NCBI RefSeq assembly: GCF_964355755.1
Contig: NC_092675.1
Span: 8,489,812-8,553,811 of the forward strand
Length of the DNA stretch: 64,000 nt
Direction: 5' to 3'
Origin: Antedon mediterranea
Taxonomy: Eukaryota; Animalia; Echinodermata
Shown here: positions 49,293 through 62,390 of the stretch, one piece after another
Position numbering within the stretch: position 1 is the first letter of the stretch
How the letters are laid out: the number at the start of each line of letters is the position of its first letter
Program-made: the position numbers and the translations under genes
The notes under the pieces: generated by a model
Databases searched by the model: none
What the model saw: the letters and a program-made list of their open reading frames with translations, nothing else
Told to the model about the DNA's origin: nothing

Positions 49293-52200
49293 TTATACAT
49301 TAGTTACACCCTTGTAGTTTGATCTGAAAAGAAAAAAACATCGAAAACTAATTCTTTTGTCCAGCCGAGTATTTTACTGCACATAACATATCAGTCAGAA
49401 ATAATTAAAATCCAGTTTCATAAACTAAATATTATTAAATATTAACATTAACTATTCCTGTAAATGTATATCATATTAACTATTAAACATACTTGGACGG
49501 TGTAGTTGGCTTAGTTCCTCTTCTTCTGTCACAGTCTCCACAGAATATAGGATCAATGATGTTCCAAAAAAAGAGGATACCACAAACCCAACTGGAAACC
49601 ATCTTCACATAGAATGGAGGCCATGTTCGCTGAAAGTTTTCTAGTTTTGCATACTGAGGTCTTTTAATACAAAAAAAAACAATAGTACAGCTCACATTAT
49701 TATGCATTTATTATTATATTGTACACAATGTCGTTTTGTGGATGGTTTTTTTGTGGAAATACAGTAAATTGAAATTGTGTATGTTTGTAAGATGTAGTCC
49801 CTTGAAACACAAAATATGAAGGTTAAAATATTCTAAATTTAAATTGGCCATATCAAAGTAATATTAAAGTTATTCACTTTAAGTCGAAAATTTGAGCCAA
49901 AAACAACAAGTTTACGTAATTAACAGATAAATTAATTTGATTACATTTCGTCTGGAAAATCGTCGCGAGCAAAAGTAAACAAAGATTTCACGAGTATGCA
50001 TTATGCTAATTAGGATTGTTTACAACTCGTCAGGGTTGAGAATGTGTTTCCACACAGATCGCGAGGAAGTTTTATGATTATGCATACAGTGTAGCCACAA
50101 GCAGGTTGCATTATGAGATATGTTTTGATCAAAAACTTTGACTGGAAGTCAAAGTTATATTTTTAACAAAAAAACGTCTGTATTTCAGTTAAATTATTTG
50201 TTTAAACTAATTTTTGGTGAAAGTTAATAACTATTATGATACTTCAAAATGACTTTTTTTTCAAAATATTTTATTTTTTTGGAATTTGTCAAAGGGATAA
50301 TACATCTGTAAGTTTTATTTGGAGTGCAATTCTGATTTAATAACATCAATTTTTGTTGCCTTGTTGTCATTTGTAATGTATGATTTGAATGTAAATTTTG
50401 GTGCAATTCACTGTTTTCTGCAAGGCCATTTTATTTAGGTATTTGAATGAAACAGAATTAAATTGGTTTTGGTGAAAAATTATTCACAATGTATGTTTAA
50501 ATGTATGCTGTAAATGTATGCTGTAATACACCATTTTTGTTGAAAATTCTATTTTCTGCAATTTTAACCAATAACCTTTTTTTTTATTAACGTAAAGAAG
50601 GGTTGTAGAGGAGAGAAACAAATGGCAAATCATTTGTAACATATTTTCAGTTTACTTAGATAAAAATAGCCAGAAGTGTAATTGATCTTTGCCATAAATA
50701 AATGAATTCCATATTCAAATGAGCTACTTTTGGTGTCCATTTATTTACGATGTCACGTGTATGTTATATATCTTTTCTAATTCAATGATTTCCTATATAG
50801 GAAAACATAATAAGTTAATGAAAATGTACCTACTTGTACCAATTTGTGAGCGTCATCATTATATAAAATGATGCCAACATAAAGACAAGATGAAGGAATG
50901 AATAATTGTATACAACGCCTTCTTCTTCATTGTGAATTACACCTGAAACAGGTCTCTTTTTCGATCCCTTTTCTTCCTGAATTCGTTTATTTTTCTGATC
51001 ATTTTTCTTCTTTTTCTTTCGCTTATTTGATGGCTGAGAACATTCTTCTTCGTCACTGATTCCCTTGCTTAAGTGCTGTCTAGCTAGAGGAAACTCTTTA
51101 AAAAAAAAGGAAATAGGTTTGCAAATGACAACAAAATCCTGATGTGTGGTTTTAATAGGCCTATCATATTAAAAATGATTATGATAGTAATATATTTTTA
51201 CCCTCAAGTTCTGTTTTTTCTCCAAGTGGATCACATAGACAGCAAGCACCTTCCTAGTAACATATATAGAAATACATGATTAAATCGGTATATTTATGGG
51301 TAAAATGAATAAATTAGTAAACTCATTCAAAATTAGACAATCAGAAAACAAATGCAAAATTAGTCGCATATATTTCTTTCATAATTACTCTAGTAGCTGG
51401 TTAAATAGCAGTCTATCTTTCAACTCATGAAATATTATCCACCATCCAATACAAAACATTCATTATTTGTATAATAGGATTTCATTATTTTCCTATAACA
51501 CACACGAAACATGCACTGGATGATCACATTTTTCACTGACATTGACAACATATATTAAATGCATTGTCTCCTAAGATACGATAAATAAAGATGAGTAAAA
51601 TCAAACTTTGAATAGGCTACTATAGGTTCTATTAATATAACACACAAAATAATGATTTTGCTTGAGAGAAAGACAAAATAAACAGTTTTAAATGGTTTAT
51701 GAATTCAATAGTGAATAATTAAAATAATTAACATTATTTTTTCAAGGGGAAAATGTATCTTTAATAAAAAAAAATCTGATGAAAATGAAAGCATACAAAC
51801 AAAAACGTCAATACTCAATACCAACTGTACACAGCATAGCTATCCAATGTACATCAATATTAAAAAATTTGTTTTATTGATGTTTCACGCCAAATTACAG
51901 ACAGTACAGTATACGTACAAAACATCTTATAGTTCATATTAAGTACTTACAGTTCCACGTCGGGGGAAACAATGCCATCGTCTGGCATTTACAACACTGT
52001 TGGTAAGAAAAGCAAGAAATAGTACATGCCAAATAAAAACAATTTATGAGCATCAATTCCCATTGAAAATAAATATAGAAACTAGAACTTTGAACTTGTC
52101 ACCAGAACGAGTTGGTGCAAGTGCAACATATTATATTAGCTATATGGTTCATATTGTATTACATTTATAATCATGTATGTATATTTGTTTGTAAATAGAG

Positions 52201-55200
52201 AATAAGACTAGATTAGAAAGAGTGTGCAAAACGACCTCTGAAATAATTGGATTATTGCTTAAACTTGTTATTAGTGATATGTATAAAAAAAATTAAATTT
52301 ATACCAAAATTATGAAAAGTTGTTTTATTGAAATTCCGAGAAAGAGATTCAAAATAGACATGTTCTTTACATTCAATTTCCCATTGCAGGATTTGTGTTA
52401 TTATTCAAAAATCAAGTGGAAAAAATCTTCCAATATTATGTGCTGTGTGAGAAAAAATATGAATTTTGACAATTTCTAAATACATAAAATTGCCTAAAAA
52501 AAGCTCCAAATTGAACAGTAATTAAGTGTGCACATATGCAACTAAGATTACTGCTTATTTTGTTTAGAGCAACCAACATTGTGGAAAGATGATTAATTAA
52601 ACTTAGATGGTAACTCTTAGCATGATGGTGATGGCCACTTAGGGTTTGGTGATGTGTGAAAATAAGCAACTTGTTAACAAAAAACATGCTTAAAAATTAG
52701 GTGTATAATTCTATTACTAACTTGTAAGTTTATGGTATTATTGTGCTGAATTGTATATTAAATATGGTAGGTAATATTACTCTACTCACTACTTTATTCG
52801 TCATCAAAATGAAAAATGAAGATTGTGAAAAGTATGGTTCGGCAAAACTTATGTGGGAGAAAATTAAGCATGGATAAACAACCAACTATGATGGAAGAGA
52901 ATAAAATAAACAGTTGTAAAATGGAAATGGCCATACATCACAACAAAATTGTACATGAAGTCATCTAAAACTCCAGTACCTTCCATTTAAACTAGATTTG
53001 AACTTAAATGATTGGTCTGTAAACATACCTCCTCTAAGATACTGTACTAGCTATTCATTTCTTTGTAAACATAAAATAAATATGAAAATGCACATTGTAC
53101 ATACAGTGAATATATATATATATATACACACACTGTATTTGCAGTTGATCTTTGACATTGACAGTTATTTGACCCAAATTGTTCGTGAACATACGTTTAT
53201 ATTCAAATGATACATTTTGGTAAAATGTGACCGGCGGACATTACCTTTTATTGACTGATCGTCTTGCATCTCAATTGTGCCAAAAAGTGACTGGAAGACA
53301 TAGGCCTAATACACTATAAAACACATTGTTAGTGCCCACTGAAAGTAGAGTGTTGGAATTAGTTAGCCTGTCTGTAAATGTTAATGCTATAGGCTTACTA
53401 AATTAACATTTGAGCAAATTTGAAATAGATAGATAGCTATTAAAACAAAAGGTATTTTTAGAGAATTGCTGTGCAGTAATCATGGCGGTATGCTAATAAA
53501 CATGACGTTATTGTTATTTACCATGTTTACATAGGTTAATTTATTTCCAGTTATGAATTGAAATGAAATTATTATTTTACCTTAACTTTTTCTGAAATTC
53601 TAAATTAAGAGCTGAAGAGTGTGCATTTCTTGCAATATTGCTATCATATTCTATGTGCGTACCACCTAATTCATTCATGGTGTATTATATTTCTAGTTTT
53701 AAACTGCAATTGGTTTGACTGTTTTGCCTTGTGTTCCTAAATAGAAGGATGGTCTATAAAAGGCTAATCTACAGATAAAGCGTGGAGAATTCCATACATG
53801 TACAAGTTGGAAGTGGTGCGATAGACAGAAAATTATCAATATATACAATGTGTTGTCCACTCAGTAAGGACCACACAGCAGAGTGGCCATTCACCTACTC
53901 ACTTTAAACCATATACTTAAAGGAAGTTGAAGGAATCAAAACAAAATTTGAGTGTTTTTGAGAAAAAGGAAGCACCTTCAGAAATCTGAAAAATGCTTAA
54001 AAAGTGCAATTAAATGGTTACTGACAACAAATCATTCAATACATCATTACACTGTAGGGATTCCAAGAGTATAGTTTCAGTTTTTGATGAGTGCAAACTG
54101 TAGTAGTTTTTGCGCTGAGTAATGCATATATCAGAGCATAATGGTAGATACCTCAGAATGACTAAAATGACCTAAAATACCTTATGAGGTTAGAAAATAT
54201 AATTATCTGCATTTGTTGAAGGAATTATCTGCATTTGTTGAATATTTGTTGAAAGATATCCAAGAGATTCAGATATGTGTCATCTAATGCACTTCCAAGA
54301 GTGGCATCACAAGAAATATTGACTTTGAATGAACAAGTTCAGAACGCTTCTGGAAAACAACATTGTGTTCATTTGTGAAGGCAACAAGCCTCCACAAATC
54401 TGATCAGCCTGAACACAGGTTTTGTATAACTTCTTATCTTTGTAACAGCAAACTCATAAAATTAGTTGACAAATTTAACAAAATAACAGGCAGGTTTATA
54501 CTGATTGTTGAGTAGTACAGTTATGAAATACAAGACATATACATGCAACAAACGTAACATCTGATATTATTCAATAAAAATTCATGCACCTGCTGACCAT
54601 TAAAAACGTATAACAAACTATTATACCTCATCCTTTGCGAAAATGCAGAAAATGAATTACAAACGCAATACATATTATTGAAAGTAGCAGGCCTGTATGC
54701 ATCATGCATTTGCTCCCTTACTATTGCTCGCACAAGACACTTCCCAATGAGTGGGATGCGGGATCCTACTGCCGCTATCATTTTTTCATTTTCAAAACTA
54801 CAATACAACCAAAATTATGTCATGTGTGAAGAAGTGTCAAGAATCTTTTTACTTCAGTAGCATAAAAATGCACATTGGAAAGTATTACTGGATAAAATGT
54901 CATGAAAAAATCCATGATCACATACAAATTAATGACAGCTACACACAGTATTTAGACAAATAGAATCGGAGAGATGAATGAATCAATCTGGCACAAAAAA
55001 GCACAACATGGCATTATCATAAATGGTTGGCTGGTTCATGTATGGTAGTGTAACAGTCAATCTAAATTTTCAAGTACATGCATGTTCCTCTATTAGGTAA
55101 ATTAAACAGATCCAGAAACCTTTTGAGGAAATATTAAAATTTCAATTTTATGTTGGAAATAAACAGTAGTAATTAATATCTGTAAATTAGGAGAGAGAGT

Positions 55201-58200
55201 TTGTAGGTTGTCTGTTGCTATTGCACGCATGCATATACATGACATATTAAAATGAAAAGAATTATATAATTATTATAAATGAACAAATTCAACTAAATAA
55301 ATAAAAAATACAGATTCTACAGTTACAGTACACATCAATCGATTAAATTAAATTGTTTAAATGTTTAACAAAAACAAACCTTGCATAAACTACCATTACA
55401 ATCATGATGGTGGCATCTGCAATTGCCTTAATAAGATCATTGTACGAGTTGTTGATCAGGTTTGAAAGCACAGAATCTCCTGGACCACAGAATGTCTGGT
55501 TATATTTAAATTGGGTTTCTCCAGTCTCTTGAGAAATGCCATTTGGTATCTTATCTACAAATATTAATGGAAAATGTGAATGGAATAAAGAAATCTACAT
55601 CTGAATCCTCACAACATGTGAATGTTGTAGAAAGTAAATTACAAATAAAAAGACATCAACAATAAATATAGAAAGACTAGTCTAGTAATGTAGTTAAATG
55701 TCATAGTATGTCATGATCATTGTACAGATAGTACGCGCTATTTGCAAGAGTGAAGATAGTGGAAGACCACTTTTAATACAATTACAAGCCTACTGTATCA
55801 TGTAAAACTACTGCAAATTTAAACTCACAATTAGAACCTCATTGGTTCATGATTATATATTTTAATTATATATAAATTATAAAGCTTTTTTTAATGTCAT
55901 GATGCATATTCAGACTCTGGAGACGTGTCATGCGTTAATAATCAGAAATAACTATGCAAAGCAATATTTGTATTTCTTTGATGGAGTCCTATTTATAAAT
56001 TGTTATAATCGCTAATAATATTACTATTTTCAACCCAACTCCCAAATCAAAAATGAACTTGCACCAGCAGGCTAGGATACACATTCATTCTTTGGGCGTG
56101 GGTTTTTATTTACAACAACTTACTAATTACTGGTGGTTCAATAGACATGGCTGTCCAGGTGAGATAAATTATATATAGGCTTATAATAGATGACTGCAAC
56201 AGGCAACAATCCGATTGCTCTAAAAGTAGTAAAAAATAATTACAATTACTTTATGTAACTAGACAGAGAAATGCCAAAATAATAGTAATTAAAAGTGTCC
56301 CCTCCATACACAAGAAATCAACCCGACATGATTTGTTTCCAACAAAACAAGCCCCTCAAAATAAGGGACTTTGCGACAAACATCGGGTTTAGCATGAAAT
56401 ATGGATTTCTGGGTAGTCCGTATTAGGGAGGTACACACTGTACATATTAAAATTAATTATTAGGAAAAACTTACTTTTACGAACGGAAGGTAACATCATT
56501 AAAAGAGAAAGGATCAAACAGACTGCAGAATTAGTAATGATGAAATACAAGTTTAAGGTGCAATGACTATCAAGAGCAAACTGTGTGATAAGCACGTAGA
56601 TACCAACTAGTACACCAGCATAGAACACTATAATAAACAAACTTAGAACTGAAAAAGCAAAAACAAAATACAGGTATTAGTCATTTTGTCAGTAATAATG
56701 TAATTTAATATTTGTGTACTAATGTAAGTAATATTGTACAGTAATAATACATTTCTTGTTAGTCTCCATATTTAACAATGGTATTTTACATTATTAAACA
56801 AAACATCAAAGACATTATACAATTTTACAACATTTTAATTCAAATTATAAGTATTGTGGACGTATTTAAGAATAATACAGTACATGTTTTTTTTAGCAGA
56901 ATATGGTTATTACCTTACAGGTGTATTTGTAGCTGAGTAGTGTACAATGGGGTGTATGTAAGAATGTGCTAAAAATGTCATACCTATGAACCACAAGATG
57001 GTGTTATTGCTTTTCATTTTTTCAGACCTATAAAAAAAAAGATATTTTATACCAAAAAAACATTAATTTTATCCTGTGCCTATACCCAGTGGTGTTGAGT
57101 CTTGTCCTCTGAGTATACTCAGTGGTGTTGAGGTTTTAAAAGATATTTAAATTATCTAAAGGTTCTCAAGCAGACATCCAGATCTGAGACGTCTCTCCAC
57201 CTATTTACAGAATTTCTGATTCCAATTGGTACGAAAGCTAAATTGCTGGGAGTCACTATTTCTGCTGACTTAACTTCTAAATCACATAGGCCTACTGTGA
57301 ATGTCTGCTGTTATTATTGTTGTCAAGAGGTACCCACTTCTGTGTTGGGCCATTGGCTCATGGTTTCCGCTATTTGCCACATTTTCAATAAATAAATAAC
57401 TTACTAATATCTTAAAACAAACGCATTAACATTTGAAATTTGAACTGCTTTTAAATTCTACATGCCTGGGGCTAAAAAAAATGTAGGTCATCACATAAAA
57501 ATATTGACACATCAAGTTGTTTCATTGATTTAATCAGCATTAAAAGGTTTAAAATGCATTAAAAATTGATATACAGTACTGTAACACTTATGTGTCTTAA
57601 CTAACAACAGATAAAAATCGATTTACATAAAAAGAAATAGCAAATCTATAGCAAGCAATAGCAATAGCAAGTATATCTGCTCCTTTATTATTTAGTATCG
57701 TTGAAAATTTAAACTTTTGCCAAATTATAAAATTATCCAATAAATAAATAAATAAAGGTCAGAATAGATTATCAAAATTATTATTGGAAAGCAAAAAATT
57801 TACCAACTATGGTTCCATGATGCTGCAAAATCAATCAGAAGGAGAAGTTGAAACAGGATAAACAGAGCAGCACCAATAAATCCAATATACATGCCTATCT
57901 CAGCAATATAACTAATGTTAGGCAAGTAAAAAGCAGCTACAATTAAGCCAAATAACAATAGCGTCTTAAAAAACCAAAACCTACACAAAACAAAATTCAA
58001 ATTTAAAATTAATCCAATCATGAAAATCATACACACAATTATTTATTTTTTAAAGCACAATTTCTAATATTTAATATTTATTAATTATAATATATTCAAT
58101 ACACAGCCATTCAATTATGATGAAGTTGTTGTCCAACTGAGACAATTGAATATTAACATTGGAATCAAATTCAATTCAATTCCATCTTTATTATCCCCAT

Positions 58201-59350
58201 GGGGAAACTCTGTTGGCCTTTTCAAAAATACAGTACATACAAATATAAAATACCCTAGCTCTCTTCTCATGTTGCTGGGTTCTATGCTATTCAAATATCT
58301 ATGGCATATTGCACTTTTGGTCAATATCAGTGATCCATGCAAGAAAAACATTGAAGAATGGATTGCTCAGGATAAAACAAGCCAATTATGATTGATTACT
58401 TAGTAGTAAGATGACAGACTAGCAGGGAGAATTATAGTTTTAATAATTAATAGACTTGCATTTCTTTTTCCAAATAGAATAAATAAAACACAATTTTACT
58501 ATTTAATAACTAAGTTTTTCAGACACAATTTAGCAAATGTATTTATAGAATTGCAGGAAAAATTTAAATTGTGAAAAAGCATGCAGTACCTACGCTCACG
58601 ATAGCCACTAGAAAAAAAAGATATCCTTCAAAACAATCATCCGTCTAGGCCTGGCTCTGAATAAAGTTTACATTCAGTATAAACTGGTTCCGACAACCAA
58701 CCCAGAGCCCAACAAATGCGTTTTTTCGAGTCAATCCAGTAAATTAAAACATCCATATTCTGCATTCCATTTCCAAAATTGAAAGAAGTTCTTACCCATT
58801 ATGAAGCATCCCTCTGGCAGATTTGCTTGTCTTTACTCCATATGTAGCAACCATAAAAAACATAAAAAACAGTGCCATACAGAAACATATTCGGTAAACA
58901 GCCAAATATTCCAATAAAATTGTACAGTTGGTTCCAGCTTTAATTTTGGCACAGAAATCTTTAAATCCACTTTGCTGATAAAAAAAGAAGATTTTGTTTA
59001 AACACATTAATTATAGATTATTATACACACTGTAGGCTGGGATACAACAATAAAAGAAAAACAGATTTTAGCTTAAACATTTTGTTTAGAATCTGATATT
59101 TCTGTCTGTGTTTCAACCAAAATAGTGATTATTACACACGATATTTCAGTCGGTCAGACAGCAAACATAGGTATCAATCAATAACATTTACCTGCATTAA
59201 TTTTTTCTCAAATGTTTCTGAAAGAAGTGCACATGATAATCCAGTTCCTATGAACAGGTAGAGTGTATACATAAGTCGTGATGTGGTCGATTCTCTGACA
59301 GGTGGACAACCGGGAAAAGCACATCCTGATGATCCAAAACAGCAACTCAA
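49293..59350 (-). CDS. SERINC5: Serine incorporator (SERINC/TDE family), SERINC5-like; first coding exon not located
   Basis: Phase-consistent exons 59350-59192 ([18 protein letters not shown]), 58974-58796 ([16 protein letters not shown]), 57980-57804 ([21 protein letters not shown]), 57027-56984, 56648-56475, 56219-56124 ([19 protein letters not shown]), 55554-55380, 53640-53581, 51996-51951, 51253-51202, 51095-50834 ([32 protein letters not shown]), 49660-49493 ([11 protein letters not shown]), 49323-49293 (SNYKGVTNV*). Family is clear; subfamily call is from recalled similarity. Confidence 0.88.
49790..50307. mobile_element. Diverged Kolobok-like MITE
   Basis: Imperfect TIRs agatgtagtcccttga / tcaaagggataatacatct, similar to those of the 3502-3822 element. 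Confidence 0.5.
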
Positions 59351-59833
59351 CTTGATAAAAATGTAATATAATAATCAAGTTAAAATGGCTGATCAGGTAT
59401 CCCCATGAAAACACAGGGGTATCACTTTTGAACTAATCACAAATTTAAATAAATTGTGTCACATTGACGGTAAAAAAAATCATATTCAGTTTTAACACTC
59501 ACAATTACAGATTATTATATAGAGTGGCACCGAGTATTTGATAGATTAAAAGAAAACACGTCTGTAAAATTATCAATTTAACTATTTCATTTGTTTGATT
59601 TTCATTTATAAAAATACTTATGAAGCTTCATTAATACTAAGGTGTGCTATACACGATAAAGTTTAGATAACAGGAGTTGAAATACAAGGTGGATGCGAAA
59701 CAGCAATAGCGCCACCAAACAAAGGTTCTACACTAAACAATACTGTTAATCAGTGACATTTTGGAGTTTATACAAATATCAATATTTTGTTATGAATTTT
59801 ACTGCAGGCTGTTTGGTCAGTCACACTTCATCT

Positions 59834-60265
59834 AATCTATGCCCAGAAGGGCCCGGTATACTTTATAACCGCGAGGGTTTTACGATATAAAATGATATTA
59901 CACAAACCAGCCCGTGCTCGCCATAGATACGAAAGTGAAAAGTTCCTAGAACACCCCTGTATTATAATGGACCAGTCCGCAACCACGCCCTTATGTTGGA
60001 ACGTTCCAACGTACCCCCGTCATCATTTTCTTTCGTAACGTGGAGATGTTACGACGCATGATACAAAACGTGATACGTTGTTGTACATTGTACTATACAA
60101 AGTTCCTAACTTACGTGCTGATTACCAGACGACTTGTGATAGGATATTTATTGTATTCTTACGCAGGTTGCAGTACAAGCATTTGTTATACTACATGTAA
60201 TCTATGCCCAGAAAGGCCCATTATACTGTATAATCGTTAGGGTTTTATGATATAAAATGATATCA
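59834..60265. repeat. ~65-bp direct repeat pair
   Basis: aatctatgcccagaa.ggccc..tatact.tataa.cg..agggtttta.gatataaaatgatat at ~59834-59898 and ~60199-60263. Confidence 0.65.
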
Positions 60266-61085
60266 AGTATTCACAAACATGCTCTATTGGTACAGTATAT
60301 TTAAAAAGAAGAGACTGTAGCTGTTAAGAGGTTACAGTACAACCTGTTAACTTAAATTTACAATTTTTTGTAACAAATTTGTATCCTTGACCCAGAGATT
60401 ATAGAATAGCAGAGGAAAGAAAGGTCAGAACACTCTCAAAAAAAGAATAAGTTTTCTCAGTAGGTAAAGTCTTTTTGCTATCATTTCCGTATTTAATTCC
60501 CAGATGAGGTTGTCCTAAAAAATTGTCTATAGTCTGGGGATTTTACTTGCAGACGTAGCAGCCACTTGATAGCTTGAATGCTATGAAACATCACTTATAA
60601 CAGAGGATAGTCTTCAGTTTCGAAATAAACCTAACCAGTTGACAGTTATTTACCTGTACATTAAAAATGAGGTTCTACTAAAACATGCTAAAAGCACCCA
60701 GGTGCACAGAGAGCACACTGCATACCAATAAATGCCCGGATATGGTTTAAAGAGTATTTTTATGTATATAAATACACATGTTTTTTTTAATTTTCTATTT
60801 CAACAATATTTTACAAGGGTGGTCCATCCAGTCGAAGCTGATCATTAGGGACCCTCACAAAAATACAATATGACGAGACATAAACATGTATATTAAATTA
60901 AAATAAATAGAATTTATAAAGATAAACAAAATAAAATGCACAACAAAATTATAATCAAAAATTGAATTAATTAAATTAACTAAAATTCAACTAGATTTGA
61001 ACTCGTCACTTTGACGAGTTAGTTATCCGCAGAAAATGCGGAAGGAAAAAGATTACACCATTATGATGACATTTTTATTTAACAG

Positions 61086-62390
61086 GCAACTTTGATAGAT
61101 AGCCTAGGATACCAATATACAAAGGTTGATCAGAGGCGGGCGAACACAACTTGGCGGTGCTACCGTAGGACTCCTGCCCTAACCTGCAAAGCAATGGTTT
61201 TAGAAAGAGATGGGGTATACAGTACACTAGACGACTCCACGAGCACATATGCGGGATGGTGTCAAGTACGTACATTTATATTTTTATCATGTCACATTTT
61301 TTTATTCAAGCAATATATATTTATATATGCATGGCAAAATCTAATGTTGATATAAAGTACAACACATTTATCTGTTCTGAAAACTGTTCAGTTTCGATCA
61401 TTATATTTTGATCGTTAAAAAATGTTTGCAAATCATGCGCTTTTACTCAAAATGATCGTGCATTAATGATTATTAATCCTACACTGCCTAATTCCAGCCT
61501 CGCAAAATAAGACAACCTACAAAGGAAATTGTCCAGACCAAGGAGGCATCCGTCAAACTTGCAATTCGAACTCCAAAAACCATTTTTATTTGCAACCGGT
61601 GCTATGGACATACTGGGAAGATCAAGAGTGTGGTTAGAATTTTTCCCTGTACACTTTCATTTTGTTTAAATTACAATGTACATACTTGTCTTGTTTCGTT
61701 AACATTCTTATAACGTTTTAAAAAATATCTTTACAAGTAGTTGATAAGAGATCCGTTTAGTCAGATATTCACATTCACAGCTTCATCAGTATGGGGACAT
61801 CGGTAAAGCAAGTACTATTTGTTGCTGTGATGTTAGGCAAGAGGAGTGTGGACTATTACAGCTGTGTTGCGTTCTGTTATGCGGATGTTGCGGGAAAAAA
61901 ACGTAGTGAAAGTGGAGGCTATCTTCAGACAGATGCGACGCAACGCCGGGCAATCGCCTTAACTCCAGGAACTTCTCACTTACATGAACGACTACTGGAT
62001 TAATGGTGACATCTACAGTCCAATGGATTGTCCGACAGCAACCACGATGCGGAAGGTTACCACCAACGCCTCAATCACAGAGCTAAATGAGGTGAGTTTT
62101 TCTGTTATTTAAACATCATTATTTTTTTTAAATATAGTTTGTTATTTAGTATTTTTTTTTTCTTCTTTACAGCAAACCTTCACTTCTACTTGCTGTATAA
62201 GCTTCTTCACAAGGAGAGTGAGATGGTAGCCATCAACACAGAGCTCATTTTTAGAGAGGATGAGATCTGAAGACAGTCACGACATGCCGTCATTGCAACA
62301 TAACGGTTGAACGGATACTGGGACAAGTCTCTAGTGTAAGAGGTGCACGAACTGCAAGATCATTGCTGTTAGCATCAAGCCGTGTCATCA
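61086..62390 (+). mobile_element. Decayed, intron-containing FLYWCH + MULE (Mutator) transposase gene
   Basis: LIDSLGYQYT..TTWRCYRR..TCKAMV..(frameshift)HEHIC is a FLYWCH zinc finger. Later ELLTYMNDYWING, NHDAEGYHQRLN and, after a GT-AG intron (62092-62171), NLHFYLLYKLLHKESE match the MULE C-terminus. Stops and frameshifts are present; the catalytic core appears mostly deleted. Confidence 0.75.

Noticed and set aside
53900-54900. Coding-like stretch in a SERINC intron (ORFs 54521-54963)
   Set aside because: No recognisable domain and multiple stops; at most an unassignable decayed transposon.
60160-60730. Candidate first coding exons of SERINC at donors ~60161 and ~60652
   Set aside because: The phase-0 frames hit a stop before any ATG; exon 1 is probably outside the window.
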